Positions 10,784 to 21,277 of a stretch of DNA of 64,000 bases are shown piece after piece. How positions within the stretch are numbered: the first letter of the stretch is position 1; each line of letters opens with the position of its first letter. A program made the translations under genes and the position numbers. The DNA comes from a virus (lineage: Duplodnaviria > Heunggongvirae > Uroviricota > Caudoviricetes): the IMG/VR virus record IMGVR_UViG_3300034157_000066; one strand, given 5' to 3'. The notes under the pieces were generated by a model. It ran no database searches and was not told where the DNA came from. It saw only the letters and a list, made by a program, of their open reading frames with translations.

Positions 10784-10904
10784 GATAATGTCTAAAGTTT
10801 AATCATAATAGTATATATTTTGGCAAAATATTGTCAAACATCATTTAATTGAATTTTGAAAAATTTAAATAGTGTATTATATTAAAAAAATAAACAGAGA
10901 ATTA

Positions 10905-11381
10905 ATGATGATTGAACAGTATTTCGATTTAACAGTTAAAACCAAAGATTTAGGTAATTTGTCTTTTTATTTTTATTTACTTGATAAACCATATAAGAAT
11001 GTTATCGCAGAAGATGATTTTGGGAATAAAATAATAAATGACGATTCAGGTATTTTACTTTATGTTCATGACGCTGATGAAAGCATTGACCATGTAAAAT
11101 TATTTGACAATTTAGAACTTTTCTACAAGAAAACTAATTTTCATGAAAATGATAAAAGATTTGAAGATGATGACGAGCCATTAATATATAACGAATATAA
11201 TCCAAAAGATATTGAACCATGCTCTATTTATATTAGTGAATTTATCAAGACACTAGGCATAAAAAGACTTTTACCAAAGTATAAAGAAGGATCTTATTAC
11301 AATATATCACAAGCTTATATTGATGGTTCAATCACAAAAGATGAATTTATATTATTATCAAACTTAGATTTATATATATGA
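10905..11381 (+). CDS. SUKH/SMI1-like family A protein
   Basis: VIAEDDFGNKII...LYVHD...KLFDNLELF plus conserved C-terminal module. Confidence 0.7.
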   Translation: MMIEQYFDLTVKTKDLGNLSFYFYLLDKPYKNVIAEDDFGNKIINDDSGILLYVHDADESIDHVKLFDNLELFYKKTNFHENDKRFEDDDEPLIYNEYNPKDIEPCSIYISEFIKTLGIKRLLPKYKEGSYYNISQAYIDGSITKDEFILLSNLDLYI

Positions 11382-11869
11382 GTTATAAATATTTTGATAT
11401 TACAATAAAAAATGACAATTTAGGTGAAATATTTTTTACATTCTATCTCACTACAATAAAATCGAATGGAATTATTGGAAAAGATGATTGTAGTAATGAA
11501 ATAATTCATGATAATACTGGTGTTTTTATCTATATAAATGATGCTGAAGCTGATCATGATTATATAAAATTATTTGATAATTTAGATGATTTTTACAAAA
11601 ACACAGAAATTTATGATCAATCTGAATATGATAAAAGAAATTTAGCTAATGAATATGAAGATGAAGATGAAGATGAAGATGACCTTGTGCCTGCATGTTC
11701 TATGTTGATTAGTAAATTTGTGAAAACTTTAGGTGGTAAAAGACTTATAGACAAATATAAAGAAGGATCTTATTACAATGTGACTCAAGCTTATATTGAT
11801 GGAACGATAACAGATGATGAGTTTAAAATGTTAACTACTTTGGGCATGATAGTAAAAGTCAATAAATAA
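11378..11869 (+). CDS. SUKH/SMI1-like family A protein
   Basis: Paralog; ATGA overlap; acidic EDEDEDEDD linker. Confidence 0.7.
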   Translation: MSYKYFDITIKNDNLGEIFFTFYLTTIKSNGIIGKDDCSNEIIHDNTGVFIYINDAEADHDYIKLFDNLDDFYKNTEIYDQSEYDKRNLANEYEDEDEDEDDLVPACSMLISKFVKTLGGKRLIDKYKEGSYYNVTQAYIDGTITDDEFKMLTTLGMIVKVNK

Positions 11870-11934
11870 AAAAACATGAGGTGGAGCTTCTGTTCTAAGA
11901 TATTCAATAAAATCTGTGAAGGTGCCATAACATT

Positions 11935-12402
11935 ATGAAAAAATATTTTAATTTAACTGTTGATAATTCTTTTTTGGGTAAAAGAAATTTTCTTTTCCAT
12001 ATTCTTAACCCACTAGTTGATGGTATTATTGCGGAGGATGATTGCAGCAACTCAATAATAGAAACTAATGAAGGCATATTTCTTTATATTCATGAGGAAG
12101 ATGAAGATAACGATCATGTTAAACTATTTAATAATTTAGAAGATTTCTATAAGAATCTAGAGATTTATGATCAAGATGAATTTAATAGGCGTTATATTAG
12201 CAATATTGATGAAAGTGAAAAGAATCAATATAATCCAGATGATAGTTTACCATGCTCTATTTATATCAGTAAATTTGTTGAGCATTTAGGTGGAAAAAGA
12301 ATTATTCCAAAATATAAGGAAGGTGCTTATTACAATATATCGCAAGCTTATATTGATGGAACAATAACAAAAGAAGAGTTTATATTGTTATCTCACTTAT
12401 AA
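11935..12402 (+). CDS. SUKH/SMI1-like family A protein
   Basis: IIAEDDCSNSII...KLFNNLEDF; conserved C-terminal module. Confidence 0.7.
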   Translation: MKKYFNLTVDNSFLGKRNFLFHILNPLVDGIIAEDDCSNSIIETNEGIFLYIHEEDEDNDHVKLFNNLEDFYKNLEIYDQDEFNRRYISNIDESEKNQYNPDDSLPCSIYISKFVEHLGGKRIIPKYKEGAYYNISQAYIDGTITKEEFILLSHL

Positions 12403-12493
12403 GTGAACTTTTGAATTTAAATAAAAATACATGAATGTGGAGTAAAAAATCTGATGATATTCAATCCATGCTTAAAAGAATATTGAGGTTAAC

Positions 12494-12970
12494 ATGATAG
12501 ATAGAAAATATTTTACCATTGTTGTTGAAAATGAATTGAATTCATTTGAGGCTGATTTTGAATTGATCCATTTATTGAACACTGCCTATGTAGTAATAAT
12601 AGCTGAAGATTCAGATGGTAATTATATTATATTGAAAGATAATTCAGTGTATCTATTCATTCATGACTCACATGACCAGTATGTTAAACTGTTTGATGAC
12701 TTAAATTCCTTTTACAGTAATACTGTATTTTATGACAATGTTGAATTAGAAAAAAGAACAAATGATTTTAACAAAGAGTATAGAAAAGAATATCCATATG
12801 AACCAAATAAGTTACATGATTATCTTATTCTGACTAGTAAATTTGTAGAGCAATTGGGTGGAAAAAGAATTATTCCAAAATATAAGGAAGGATCTTATTA
12901 CAATATATCACAAGCTTATATTGATGGAACACTAACAGACGATGAATTTAGAATATTGTCACATTTATGA
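12494..12970 (+). CDS. SUKH/SMI1-like family A protein
   Basis: IIAEDSDGNYIILKDNSVYLFIHD...LFDDLNSF is close to the SMI1/KNR4 consensus. Confidence 0.75.
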   Translation: MIDRKYFTIVVENELNSFEADFELIHLLNTAYVVIIAEDSDGNYIILKDNSVYLFIHDSHDQYVKLFDDLNSFYSNTVFYDNVELEKRTNDFNKEYRKEYPYEPNKLHDYLILTSKFVEQLGGKRIIPKYKEGSYYNISQAYIDGTLTDDEFRILSHL

Positions 12971-13134
12971 ACTAACCCGCCCAGAAGGAAAGGGTTTTGT
13001 ATTTTTTATATTGACTTCTACATGATAAAAGAATGATTTAAACCTTGTTTATTGAATGAATGAAGAGGCTCCGGCCTCTTTTTTGTTGTTTTAAATTTAA
13101 TGGTATACTATTAACATATAATCAAAGTTAATGT

Positions 13135-13611
13135 ATGAAAATAGACATAAATTTAATTAGAAGTGATGAATATAAAAAAATAATAAATGATTTTGTAAAA
13201 CCATATTCTAGAAAGATGCTTATCTCTATTTCCGAATTTCCTTTTGATGAGAAAGGATATTATTTAGAAAAAATGAAAAATAAACCATCAATTAATAATT
13301 TCAATTTAATAAAAAAAATAGATGTTATATATGATATAGATCAATATATATATGGAATTCTAAATTTAAACAATATTGGCTATATTGTTTCTGTAGATAA
13401 TGAATTTACTATTTCAGTTGCTGGCACCACTGAATCTAATTGGCTATGGGGAATGTTCTTTTCAAATGACTATATTGATAAATTTGAAATATTTATGAAA
13501 GAGTGTAACGATAAACTAGGTATTGAAATAAAACAACTTGATTTTGAAAAAAATTCACAAATTGAAGAAAATATATTAAAACCTTTGATTTTGGGGAATT
13601 GGAAATCATAA
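13135..13611 (+). CDS. hypothetical AT-rich protein (possible immunity protein)
   Basis: Own promoter and terminator; immunity call rests on context only. Confidence 0.65.
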   Translation: MKIDINLIRSDEYKKIINDFVKPYSRKMLISISEFPFDEKGYYLEKMKNKPSINNFNLIKKIDVIYDIDQYIYGILNLNNIGYIVSVDNEFTISVAGTTESNWLWGMFFSNDYIDKFEIFMKECNDKLGIEIKQLDFEKNSQIEENILKPLILGNWKS

Positions 13612-13666
13612 TATAATGTATAATAAAAAAGAGGCTGCTGCCTCTTTTTTTATCTCTAAAAAAAAA

Positions 13667-14359
13667 TTACACCAGCAACATATCAATCATGCCAAGGCGA
13701 GACACGTAGTCATATGAATTGAAATCATACGCTGATGGTATATGCAATTCTGGCATGACTTCTTTTAACATGGTGTTGTCTTTGTTAAATTGCATATTCA
13801 GAAGAAATAATTCGTCTTCTTCACTGCATAGACGTTGACTATCTTTTTTCATGACATTGGATGATATTCTTTTAGTTTTAGTGTCATAAAAGCTTTCATG
13901 TACATCACAAACTATCATTTTACATTTTGAATCATAGATTAATTTCAGAAATAATTGATTATATCTATTACCTTTAACTACATAATTAAATTTAAATACA
14001 ATATCAAGAACTTCTTGATTGTTGTCAAAGGTGATAACACAATTAGCTGGGTCTTTAATTTCATTGTTACCTAAATAGAACTTGAATGGCTGTTCAAATT
14101 CTTTAAGCGTGATGGTTGATGGTGGAATACGCTTACCTTTCATCGGTGTCTCAAATTTAAATGAGAATTGTTCATTAAATTGTATGTCTCGATAAGCAAG
14201 ACAATCCATAATCTGATCTGCGAGTTGATCACCCAAATTAAAATGCTCGATAATTTTAACCGTTTTGGTAGCTACTTTTACTCGTATCCGTTGAAATTCA
14301 TCTTGCCCACCTTTCTTTACTGGTGGATCATTCCGTTTGGCTCTCATCGTGTTTGACAT
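13667..14359 (-). CDS. PSAYDF-family protein with C-terminal DM tag
   Basis: Ends MPELHIPSAYDFNSYDYVSRLGMIDMLLV. Confidence 0.8.
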   Translation of the reverse strand: MSNTMRAKRNDPPVKKGGQDEFQRIRVKVATKTVKIIEHFNLGDQLADQIMDCLAYRDIQFNEQFSFKFETPMKGKRIPPSTITLKEFEQPFKFYLGNNEIKDPANCVITFDNNQEVLDIVFKFNYVVKGNRYNQLFLKLIYDSKCKMIVCDVHESFYDTKTKRISSNVMKKDSQRLCSEEDELFLLNMQFNKDNTMLKEVMPELHIPSAYDFNSYDYVSRLGMIDMLLV

Positions 14360-14479
14360 AGAAAAACCTATTAATATTTATGGACTTTAATATTATCATA
14401 TTGACTTAAAAATATCAACATATCTTGACTAAAAGTTATTTTTACTATATTGTAATGACATCTAATAGGAGTAATTTAC

Positions 14480-15103
14480 ATGTCCGTAGTTGACCTTACA
14501 TTCAAAACTTTTGAAACAGTGCTACAACCTGTCTGCTGGGTTAAACATGTGGCTTACTCGCTAGGTTCTCTTAAAAAAGAGGTTTGCTCCTTTTTGAACA
14601 GCTATTATCAGGTGGATACTTTTAATCCAGATGATTATGGTGTGCGTGCCTATATTTTTGGTGGTTTCTACATCTACAACAAAAAGACCAAAGAAGTTGT
14701 TGCGAGCAGTCCAGACATGAAATCGAAATTTCTTGAAATCAAGTTGGATAAAATGCAATCCAAAGAATTCCCTAAAAGTCAGTTAGCCGAACTCAATAAA
14801 TTTTTTACTGTAGATGAGAATATCTCTCTGTGGCATGTTGACAGTAAAATTGATCAAATTAGACACACCATTACATTAAATCCACACAAAACAAAAGAAG
14901 ATAGTCTTGAAGATGATGAAACGGTTTATACGGATATTTGCATTATCAAACGAGGTGATGATACCGTGACCAGTCTCTATAAAGAACTGTATGATTTTAG
15001 TTTTATGCATGGTAATCGCCTTAGCTTGGTGAATTATGCCAACAATTATAAAATTGAAGACATCTTTAATGACATTCTGAGAGCAAAGAACGCTCTTTCA
15101 TAA
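14480..15103 (+). CDS. hypothetical protein
   Basis: AGGAG RBS; 207 aa. Confidence 0.8.
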   Translation: MSVVDLTFKTFETVLQPVCWVKHVAYSLGSLKKEVCSFLNSYYQVDTFNPDDYGVRAYIFGGFYIYNKKTKEVVASSPDMKSKFLEIKLDKMQSKEFPKSQLAELNKFFTVDENISLWHVDSKIDQIRHTITLNPHKTKEDSLEDDETVYTDICIIKRGDDTVTSLYKELYDFSFMHGNRLSLVNYANNYKIEDIFNDILRAKNALS

Positions 15104-15143
15104 GTGTGTCATTAATGCTGCAACAAAATAAAGGATTTATGCA

Positions 15144-15614
15144 ATGACAGATAAATATTTCGATATAACTATTAAAAATGATGATTTAGGTGAGAGATCT
15201 TATACATTTTATTTCATTGAAAATCCATTTAATAATGTTATTGCAAAAGACGATTGCAGCAATACAATAATCAGTGATAGCTCAGGAGTTTTTATCTATG
15301 TTAATGATGCGGATGAGGATCAGAACTATATTAAATTATTTGATAATTTAGACGAATTTTATTCAAGTATTGTTATTTACGATCAAGTTGAGTTTGAAAA
15401 ACGTTTGGATGATATTGATTATGAACCGTATGATCAAAATAGAATTCCCTTACACTCTATGCTTATCAGTGAATTCGTTAAAGCATTAGGTGGTAAACGA
15501 ATTAACAATAAATATAAAGAAGGTTCTTATTATAATGTAACTAAAGCTTATACTGATGGGACATTAACCGAACAAGAGTTTAAAATGCTAATTACTTTTG
15601 GTATGTTTACATAG
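15144..15614 (+). CDS. SUKH/SMI1-like family A protein
   Basis: Closest to 11378; conserved C-terminal module. Confidence 0.7.
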   Translation: MTDKYFDITIKNDDLGERSYTFYFIENPFNNVIAKDDCSNTIISDSSGVFIYVNDADEDQNYIKLFDNLDEFYSSIVIYDQVEFEKRLDDIDYEPYDQNRIPLHSMLISEFVKALGGKRINNKYKEGSYYNVTKAYTDGTLTEQEFKMLITFGMFT

Positions 15615-15714
15615 TTAATAATTTTATTACAAAAGAGGCTCGTGTCTCTTTTTTGTTGTCTTCATTTTGACATTGTGGTAAAATACAGCTTCAATTCATA
15701 CACAGGTCATCACC

Positions 15715-16062
15715 ATGAGCATTGATATTAATTACCAAGATTGGAATTCAGCAGAAGAATGCCTTCAATGGCTCTTTGCTAACCATTCTGACATGCACTG
15801 CTACGGCGGTTTGCATGTCTGGCAAGAATCCTTTGCCACCCTAGGTGGTGGTATGTTGGCGGGTGGTTTTCAACACCTTCATCCAGAAATGCTGGTTGGT
15901 CGTGTTTATTCCGTCCGTTTCTCTGACCGTTCCGTTGCTGTTTGCTACCACGATGAGGTTTTTGCTGTAGAAATTCCTAATAGGATTAACACCTTGAAAA
16001 CACGGCGTGTTATTCTTCGGCTCCCCACAATTACACAAGAAATCGAAACGCCACTTGAATAA
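15715..16062 (+). CDS. hypothetical protein (paralog of 16116)
   Basis: Shares WNSAEECL, LGGG and GRVYxVxFxD. Confidence 0.75.
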   Translation: MSIDINYQDWNSAEECLQWLFANHSDMHCYGGLHVWQESFATLGGGMLAGGFQHLHPEMLVGRVYSVRFSDRSVAVCYHDEVFAVEIPNRINTLKTRRVILRLPTITQEIETPLE

Positions 16063-16115
16063 AAAGGCATTTTTTGATATACTCACAGCCTACCAAACAG
16101 ATTAGGTGTAAAGAC

Positions 16116-16427
16116 ATGTCTAAGTTCAACGTTTACCCACACGAATGGAACTCAGCCGAAGAATGTCTTGACCATTTCTTTAAAGACAATAACAGCGTAC
16201 ACCTTTACAAAGAGTATCATGCTCTGGGTGGTGGTAAAGCAGGCAGTTATGGTTTTATAGCTCAGAAACAGCTTGAAGGTCGTGTCTATACAGTTTTCTT
16301 TCTCGATAGCTACCTTGCCATTCATTTTCATGACACCGTTTTTATTCGTGATGTCAAAAACAGAATCCCCCACAACACCTTGAATTCGCATTGTGTTCAT
16401 GTTCGTCTTACGATTCCTAACAACTGA
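16116..16427 (+). CDS. hypothetical protein (paralog of 15715)
   Basis: Paralogy fixes ATG 16116 as the start. Confidence 0.75.
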   Translation: MSKFNVYPHEWNSAEECLDHFFKDNNSVHLYKEYHALGGGKAGSYGFIAQKQLEGRVYTVFFLDSYLAIHFHDTVFIRDVKNRIPHNTLNSHCVHVRLTIPNN

Positions 16428-16547
16428 AAAACACTTGAAATCGTGGTTCTCTTTTGGTATAATGAATCTAACACGGCCATCATTTGGATTATTTTTTAAC
16501 TTGTTCAACTTGATGGTTCTTTATTTATACCTCATAGGAATCATTCC

Positions 16548-16865
16548 ATGACCTCTAATATCGTCCTTGCCATCGGCTATACTTGCCCATCCAACAGCAA
16601 CCTTGCTCAATATGCCCCAGACAGCGTTAAAGTTTGGCATCAAGGCGACAATGCTTTTGTGGGCATGACTGTCGTTAATGATCTGACTGATCTTCTTGAT
16701 GTCTCCAATCTCGACAAGGACGCTATCAAGTCTCAGTTTGACAGCTACCGTAAAATCGTTCAATCAGTAGCCGGTGAAGGTAAATGGAAGTCTCTGGATG
16801 ACCGCCATGACTGGTTTGAGTTGTTCAACTCTGGCGAACCACAGATTGTTGCGTTGGCAGTTTAA
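16548..16865 (+). CDS. hypothetical protein
   Basis: AGGA RBS; terminator follows. Confidence 0.75.
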   Translation: MTSNIVLAIGYTCPSNSNLAQYAPDSVKVWHQGDNAFVGMTVVNDLTDLLDVSNLDKDAIKSQFDSYRKIVQSVAGEGKWKSLDDRHDWFELFNSGEPQIVALAV

Positions 16866-16966
16866 TTTTTTTCTTCCATTAAAAAAGGGGCTTCGGCCTC
16901 TTTTTTGTTGCTGTTTTTATGTTTTTTTGATATACTAATCATCTGTTAAATTCTTGGAGTTCATGT

Positions 16967-17503
16967 ATGACACCTATTAAAATTGTTGAAAAACTTGATG
17001 AAGCCACTGTTCAACGTGTGCTTGATGGTTCTGCGACTCTGGCTGAATTCAATAGTTTAAAACCGCTTATTACAGATCGATTGAATTATGTTGTTCGAAA
17101 AATTGTTGAACTCAGTAATCTCAGATTAGATTGGTGGGACTTTAACAACTTGGGTGAAAGCAAGGAAGATGATGGCTTCTTCGATCCTAATGCTTATTCA
17201 CAGTCGGTTGGTATTGTTATAGAGTGTTATGGAACCTCTTACAAAAACATTTCTTTTGATAAATATGAAGAAAAAATTCCAGTTGAGTTCATTTGGACTG
17301 ACTTTGAAGAGCAAGTTGCCAAAGAATTTGAAGACTTCAAAAACAACATTGATGTCAATGCTATTCATGCGGCTAATAAAGCATTTGAAGCAAAGCAAGC
17401 CCTCGATTGTATCATTGCTTCGGTTAAAACGAAGTTAACACCAGAAGAACTTTCATATATCGAATTTAGAATTCCAAAAGATGCGAAGAAACATCAAAAA
17501 TAA
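16967..17503 (+). CDS. hypothetical protein
   Basis: GGAG RBS; terminator follows. Confidence 0.8.
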   Translation: MTPIKIVEKLDEATVQRVLDGSATLAEFNSLKPLITDRLNYVVRKIVELSNLRLDWWDFNNLGESKEDDGFFDPNAYSQSVGIVIECYGTSYKNISFDKYEEKIPVEFIWTDFEEQVAKEFEDFKNNIDVNAIHAANKAFEAKQALDCIIASVKTKLTPEELSYIEFRIPKDAKKHQK

Positions 17504-17793
17504 ATATAATCAATATTAAACGAAAGAGGCTTATGCCTCTTTTTTGTTAATTTAAAGTATGTAAAATGAACTACACTTCAAGCGAAACAATTAAAGCAAT
17601 TTTTTGGTGTTATTTTTTTTATAAAATAAATTATAAAAACTTTAATAAAAATATATAAAAAACTATTATTTCAATACAACAATAAATTATTATTCAATAG
17701 AATATTTAAATATTTTTTACTTAATACCATTTTATTGTTTGTACTAATATGGTAATATTTACTTAAATATAATAATTATAAGGTATAAAATAA

Positions 17794-19350
17794 ATGAAGT
17801 TTATGAAATTGACAGTATTGTCATTAGCCATTATGACAGCCACTGGCACTTATGCTGAATATCAAGTTCTTGTTAAACTTGAACCAGAACACATCAACAT
17901 TGATGATTATGAAGTTGATGGAAATATAACACTTACAAAATCAACCATCAATCGTGGAGAATCATCTTCCATAGCATGGACATATACTTATGCGAATGAA
18001 ATTAATATTAATGGTGTCGGTAACTATACTGAAAAGTCTTCTTCTGTTATAGTTAACCCACTTGTCAGCACAAATTATGTCATCAATATTAAGAATGGGG
18101 CTAAAACAAAAGTAGAGCACTTAAACCTTACTGTTATCCAACCTATTCAAGACATCACATTTGATTCTGACACTTACAGAATTGGTTATGGTAAATCAGC
18201 TAAGCTTAGCTGGAATGTTTTAAATACGTCAGGTGTTAGCATATCACCATTGGGGCCACAATCAGATAGTGGTGTGTTCTCTGTTACACCTTTAAGTGAT
18301 ACAACTTATACACTGACTGCGAATGGCTATGATGGACTTGCTGCTAAAACAAAATCACTTAACATTACCGTAGTGCCAGACGCTGTTATTCAATCTTTCA
18401 CGGCTGATAAAACAAGTGTGACCAAAGGTGATTCTGTTAACTTCTCTTGGAATTCAACCAATCCAGAAGCCATTAAATTTAATGGTGAATCACTCAGTGC
18501 ATCAGCAACCACTAAAAATGTTGTCATGACTACAGTGGGTTCTTCTAATTACAAGTTAGATGTTGAGAGTTTAAGTGGTGCATCTGTTAGTGATACTGTT
18601 TCTGTTAACGTTCTTGATGTTCCAGTTGTGGGTACCATTAATAAACCAGCTACCAATGTATTTGCAAATGCTGCTTACACCACATCATGGACAGGCACTG
18701 GCGTTTCATCTTACAAACTATCAAGTAACAATGCTACATCAGGTGTTCCAGTAGCAGGTGTAACGCTTGGGGCAGCAACAAGTTATTCAATTACACCCAC
18801 TGCAGCCGGTACTTACACCTATACGTTAACTGGTGCGAACGCACTTAATTCCACTGCGAACAACACGTTCTCAATGACTGTTGAAGCCGATCCAACGTTG
18901 GGTGGTTTCTTAGTGAATGGTTCGACTGCGATTTCAGTGACAACCAACGCTGCTCTTAGCTTTACAAACTCAGGTTTGAGTGCTGGTTCAGCATTCCAAG
19001 GTAGAAGTGGTGCTTCCGATGTTGGATTACCGGGTACCGCTTCGGCAGGTGCAGGCGTCAGCACTTATTCGGCGGCGGCTAAGAAGACTTTGAATGGTAT
19101 TACCCGATACAGTGCTAATAGATCGGTAACAGTCACAACAGTTGCTCCGGGGCCAGTGTGTGAAGATATTTGGGGTTACAGCTACTGGAGTGAGACTGAA
19201 TATGAAGGTTCTGGTTATGAGTTGAGTGTTTACTGGAGAGGCGTTGCAAAATACAGTGGATATCGTTCAGGTAGTGGTGGTTCTCTGGTCGGTAACGATG
19301 GTAAAACATATGCTCAATCTGGTGATCGTGGCGTTTGTAAAATGAACTAA
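17794..19350 (+). CDS. secreted fibre/adhesin-like protein: signal peptide, Ig/PKD-like repeats, Cys-closed tip
   Basis: Sec signal ending TYA-EYQVLVKL; Thr/Ser-rich beta repeats (FTADKTSVTKGDSVNFSW); tip C...C rich in W/Y/G. Confidence 0.7.
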   Translation: MKFMKLTVLSLAIMTATGTYAEYQVLVKLEPEHINIDDYEVDGNITLTKSTINRGESSSIAWTYTYANEININGVGNYTEKSSSVIVNPLVSTNYVINIKNGAKTKVEHLNLTVIQPIQDITFDSDTYRIGYGKSAKLSWNVLNTSGVSISPLGPQSDSGVFSVTPLSDTTYTLTANGYDGLAAKTKSLNITVVPDAVIQSFTADKTSVTKGDSVNFSWNSTNPEAIKFNGESLSASATTKNVVMTTVGSSNYKLDVESLSGASVSDTVSVNVLDVPVVGTINKPATNVFANAAYTTSWTGTGVSSYKLSSNNATSGVPVAGVTLGAATSYSITPTAAGTYTYTLTGANALNSTANNTFSMTVEADPTLGGFLVNGSTAISVTTNAALSFTNSGLSAGSAFQGRSGASDVGLPGTASAGAGVSTYSAAAKKTLNGITRYSANRSVTVTTVAPGPVCEDIWGYSYWSETEYEGSGYELSVYWRGVAKYSGYRSGSGGSLVGNDGKTYAQSGDRGVCKMN

Positions 19351-19457
19351 AATAAATTAACATAGTTGTCAATTAAAGCAATTCTTCGGAGTTGCTTTTT
19401 TTTGTTTGTTAATTTCTAAATAATGAGTATAATAATATTACAAATACTAGAGTTTAT

Positions 19458-20258
19458 ATGTTAAAAGTTTCTTTCTTAATTCCCGCTTATAATGTCCAAG
19501 ATACACTTCCAGCATTGGTTCATAAATTGTTAAAACAGGCAGGTGACGTTTATCCACTTGAATTGGTTATCAGTGAAGATGATGGATTCTCATATAGAAC
19601 GATATTACCAGAAGATAACCGTATTGTTTATGCGGTTAAAGGTTTTAAATCAAGACCGGGACCAGCCAGAACAAGAGCACTTGAAGCCGCTACTGGTTCT
19701 CATATTTCTGTTCTGGACGCTGATGATGATGTTTCCGATGATTATTTGATGAAAATTTACACCACTTTAAAAACCTACAATGTGTTTGCTATTCAAACTG
19801 TATACAAAAAAGATGGCATGGTTGTTCGTTTATTTGATGAAAAAATGTTAACCGTTGATAATTTCATTAATTTCTATGGCAGTATTCATACGATTGCACC
19901 GAAACATTGGACGACTAAATATTTCAATATCACCGCTCAGGATGTGTTAGCGACATTAAATGTCATATTAAGAAACAATGGAATTGTTCCAGTGATAGAT
20001 GCTCAATACATTCTTAACATTCATGATGAATCTTATTGTTCACTTAATCTCTCAATTTTTAATGATACTTATAAACAAGGTATTAGTGAGAGTGTTAAAA
20101 TTGCAAAAGAATTAAAAAATGAAAAACTTGCTCCATTGATTAAGCGTATGTATCAAGCTAGATTGGAAATGGGAATATTGTTTGATAAGGAAGTTCAAGA
20201 CCATGAATACACTAATTACCATCAATTCATTCTTAATGTTTTAAAGAAAACACAATGA
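19458..20258 (+). CDS. GT2 (GT-A fold) glycosyltransferase
   Basis: VSFLIPAYN, VISEDDG, GPARTRALEAATG and LDADD (DxD) motifs. Confidence 0.85.
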   Translation: MLKVSFLIPAYNVQDTLPALVHKLLKQAGDVYPLELVISEDDGFSYRTILPEDNRIVYAVKGFKSRPGPARTRALEAATGSHISVLDADDDVSDDYLMKIYTTLKTYNVFAIQTVYKKDGMVVRLFDEKMLTVDNFINFYGSIHTIAPKHWTTKYFNITAQDVLATLNVILRNNGIVPVIDAQYILNIHDESYCSLNLSIFNDTYKQGISESVKIAKELKNEKLAPLIKRMYQARLEMGILFDKEVQDHEYTNYHQFILNVLKKTQ

Positions 20259-20602
20259 AAGATTACTCAATATATTTAAAACCTACCATACATGGCCCAG
20301 TTGACAGCGAAGTTATTCCTTTTGTTATTGATGGATTCGAATCTGAAACAACGATTTCTTTTATCTATAACAATGAAGAAACCATTCAAAAAACTCAACT
20401 GTTTAATGATATGAATCACTCTTATGGTTTTCCTTTATTCGATATTCATCACATTGTGATTGCAGAAGATATAGGCGGTTCTCCTATTATTTTAGATGCT
20501 ATTTCTGGTAGAGTCTATTTATCTTGGTTTGATTTTGATGGTGAATTGGCTTTATTATTTGAAGATTTAGAGTTGTTTTATAATTCATTACTATTGATAT
20601 AA
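20255..20602 (+). CDS. SMI1/KNR4 (SUKH) family protein
   Basis: IVIAEDIGGSPIILDAISGRVYLSWFD...LFEDLELF; ATGA overlap with GT2. Confidence 0.75.
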   Translation: MKDYSIYLKPTIHGPVDSEVIPFVIDGFESETTISFIYNNEETIQKTQLFNDMNHSYGFPLFDIHHIVIAEDIGGSPIILDAISGRVYLSWFDFDGELALLFEDLELFYNSLLLI

Positions 20603-20628
20603 AAAAGAGGCCGTTGCCTCCTTTATTT

Positions 20629-21129
20629 TTAGAAATTGTTCGCTTCTTTTACAGCTTCCATTTCTATCATTTCTTTTTTATTAATGTTATTTAGTTTTTC
20701 GTCAGTTAATATTATTAACATCTCCTTATTAACTAGGCCAGTACATCCAATAAAAAGAGATTTATTATTTTTCTGAATCGCATAAAATGTATTAGGATAG
20801 TCTTTTCCGATTGTAAATTCACCAAATCTTTTTGATAAAATGCCAGCGATAATTTCAGCTTCGGCATTACAATTTTCATTAGATTCCTTTAATGCTGCCA
20901 CATTATAAATTTTTTTCGTAGTTGGTGTATACACTGCTATTGCTTTTGTGAAACCTTTAAAGTCAATTGTATAAGCTGCTGTGTTTTTATCTTCATAATT
21001 CTTTATTATTTTCTCACTTTTTTGGTCTACTTCACTACCTAATTCAATATCAAATATTTTATCAATATTTTCAGCATAAACTTGTGAACTTAATAACAAC
21101 ATCGAACTTAAAATTATCTTTTTTAACAT
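20629..21129 (-). CDS. secreted hypothetical protein
   Basis: Signal peptide MLKKIILSSMLLLSSQVYA; Cys pair. Confidence 0.75.
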   Translation of the reverse strand: MLKKIILSSMLLLSSQVYAENIDKIFDIELGSEVDQKSEKIIKNYEDKNTAAYTIDFKGFTKAIAVYTPTTKKIYNVAALKESNENCNAEAEIIAGILSKRFGEFTIGKDYPNTFYAIQKNNKSLFIGCTGLVNKEMLIILTDEKLNNINKKEMIEMEAVKEANNF

Positions 21130-21277
21130 TTTTAATCTTCTTGTTTATTATTTATATTTTAATATCTTATTAATTTATTGTCAAACCATATAAAATTTTA
21201 CTAATATTTTCATAAGGTTGTTGCAATTTCCATCATCATTTGCTACGATTGTCTAACTATTAGGAGATAGAGAATAC

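Noticed and set aside
10784-10870. Guanidine riboswitch upstream of the SMR gene
   Set aside because: No ACGR hairpins or other ykkC-type structure on the minus strand; the protein is EmrE-like rather than Gdx-like.
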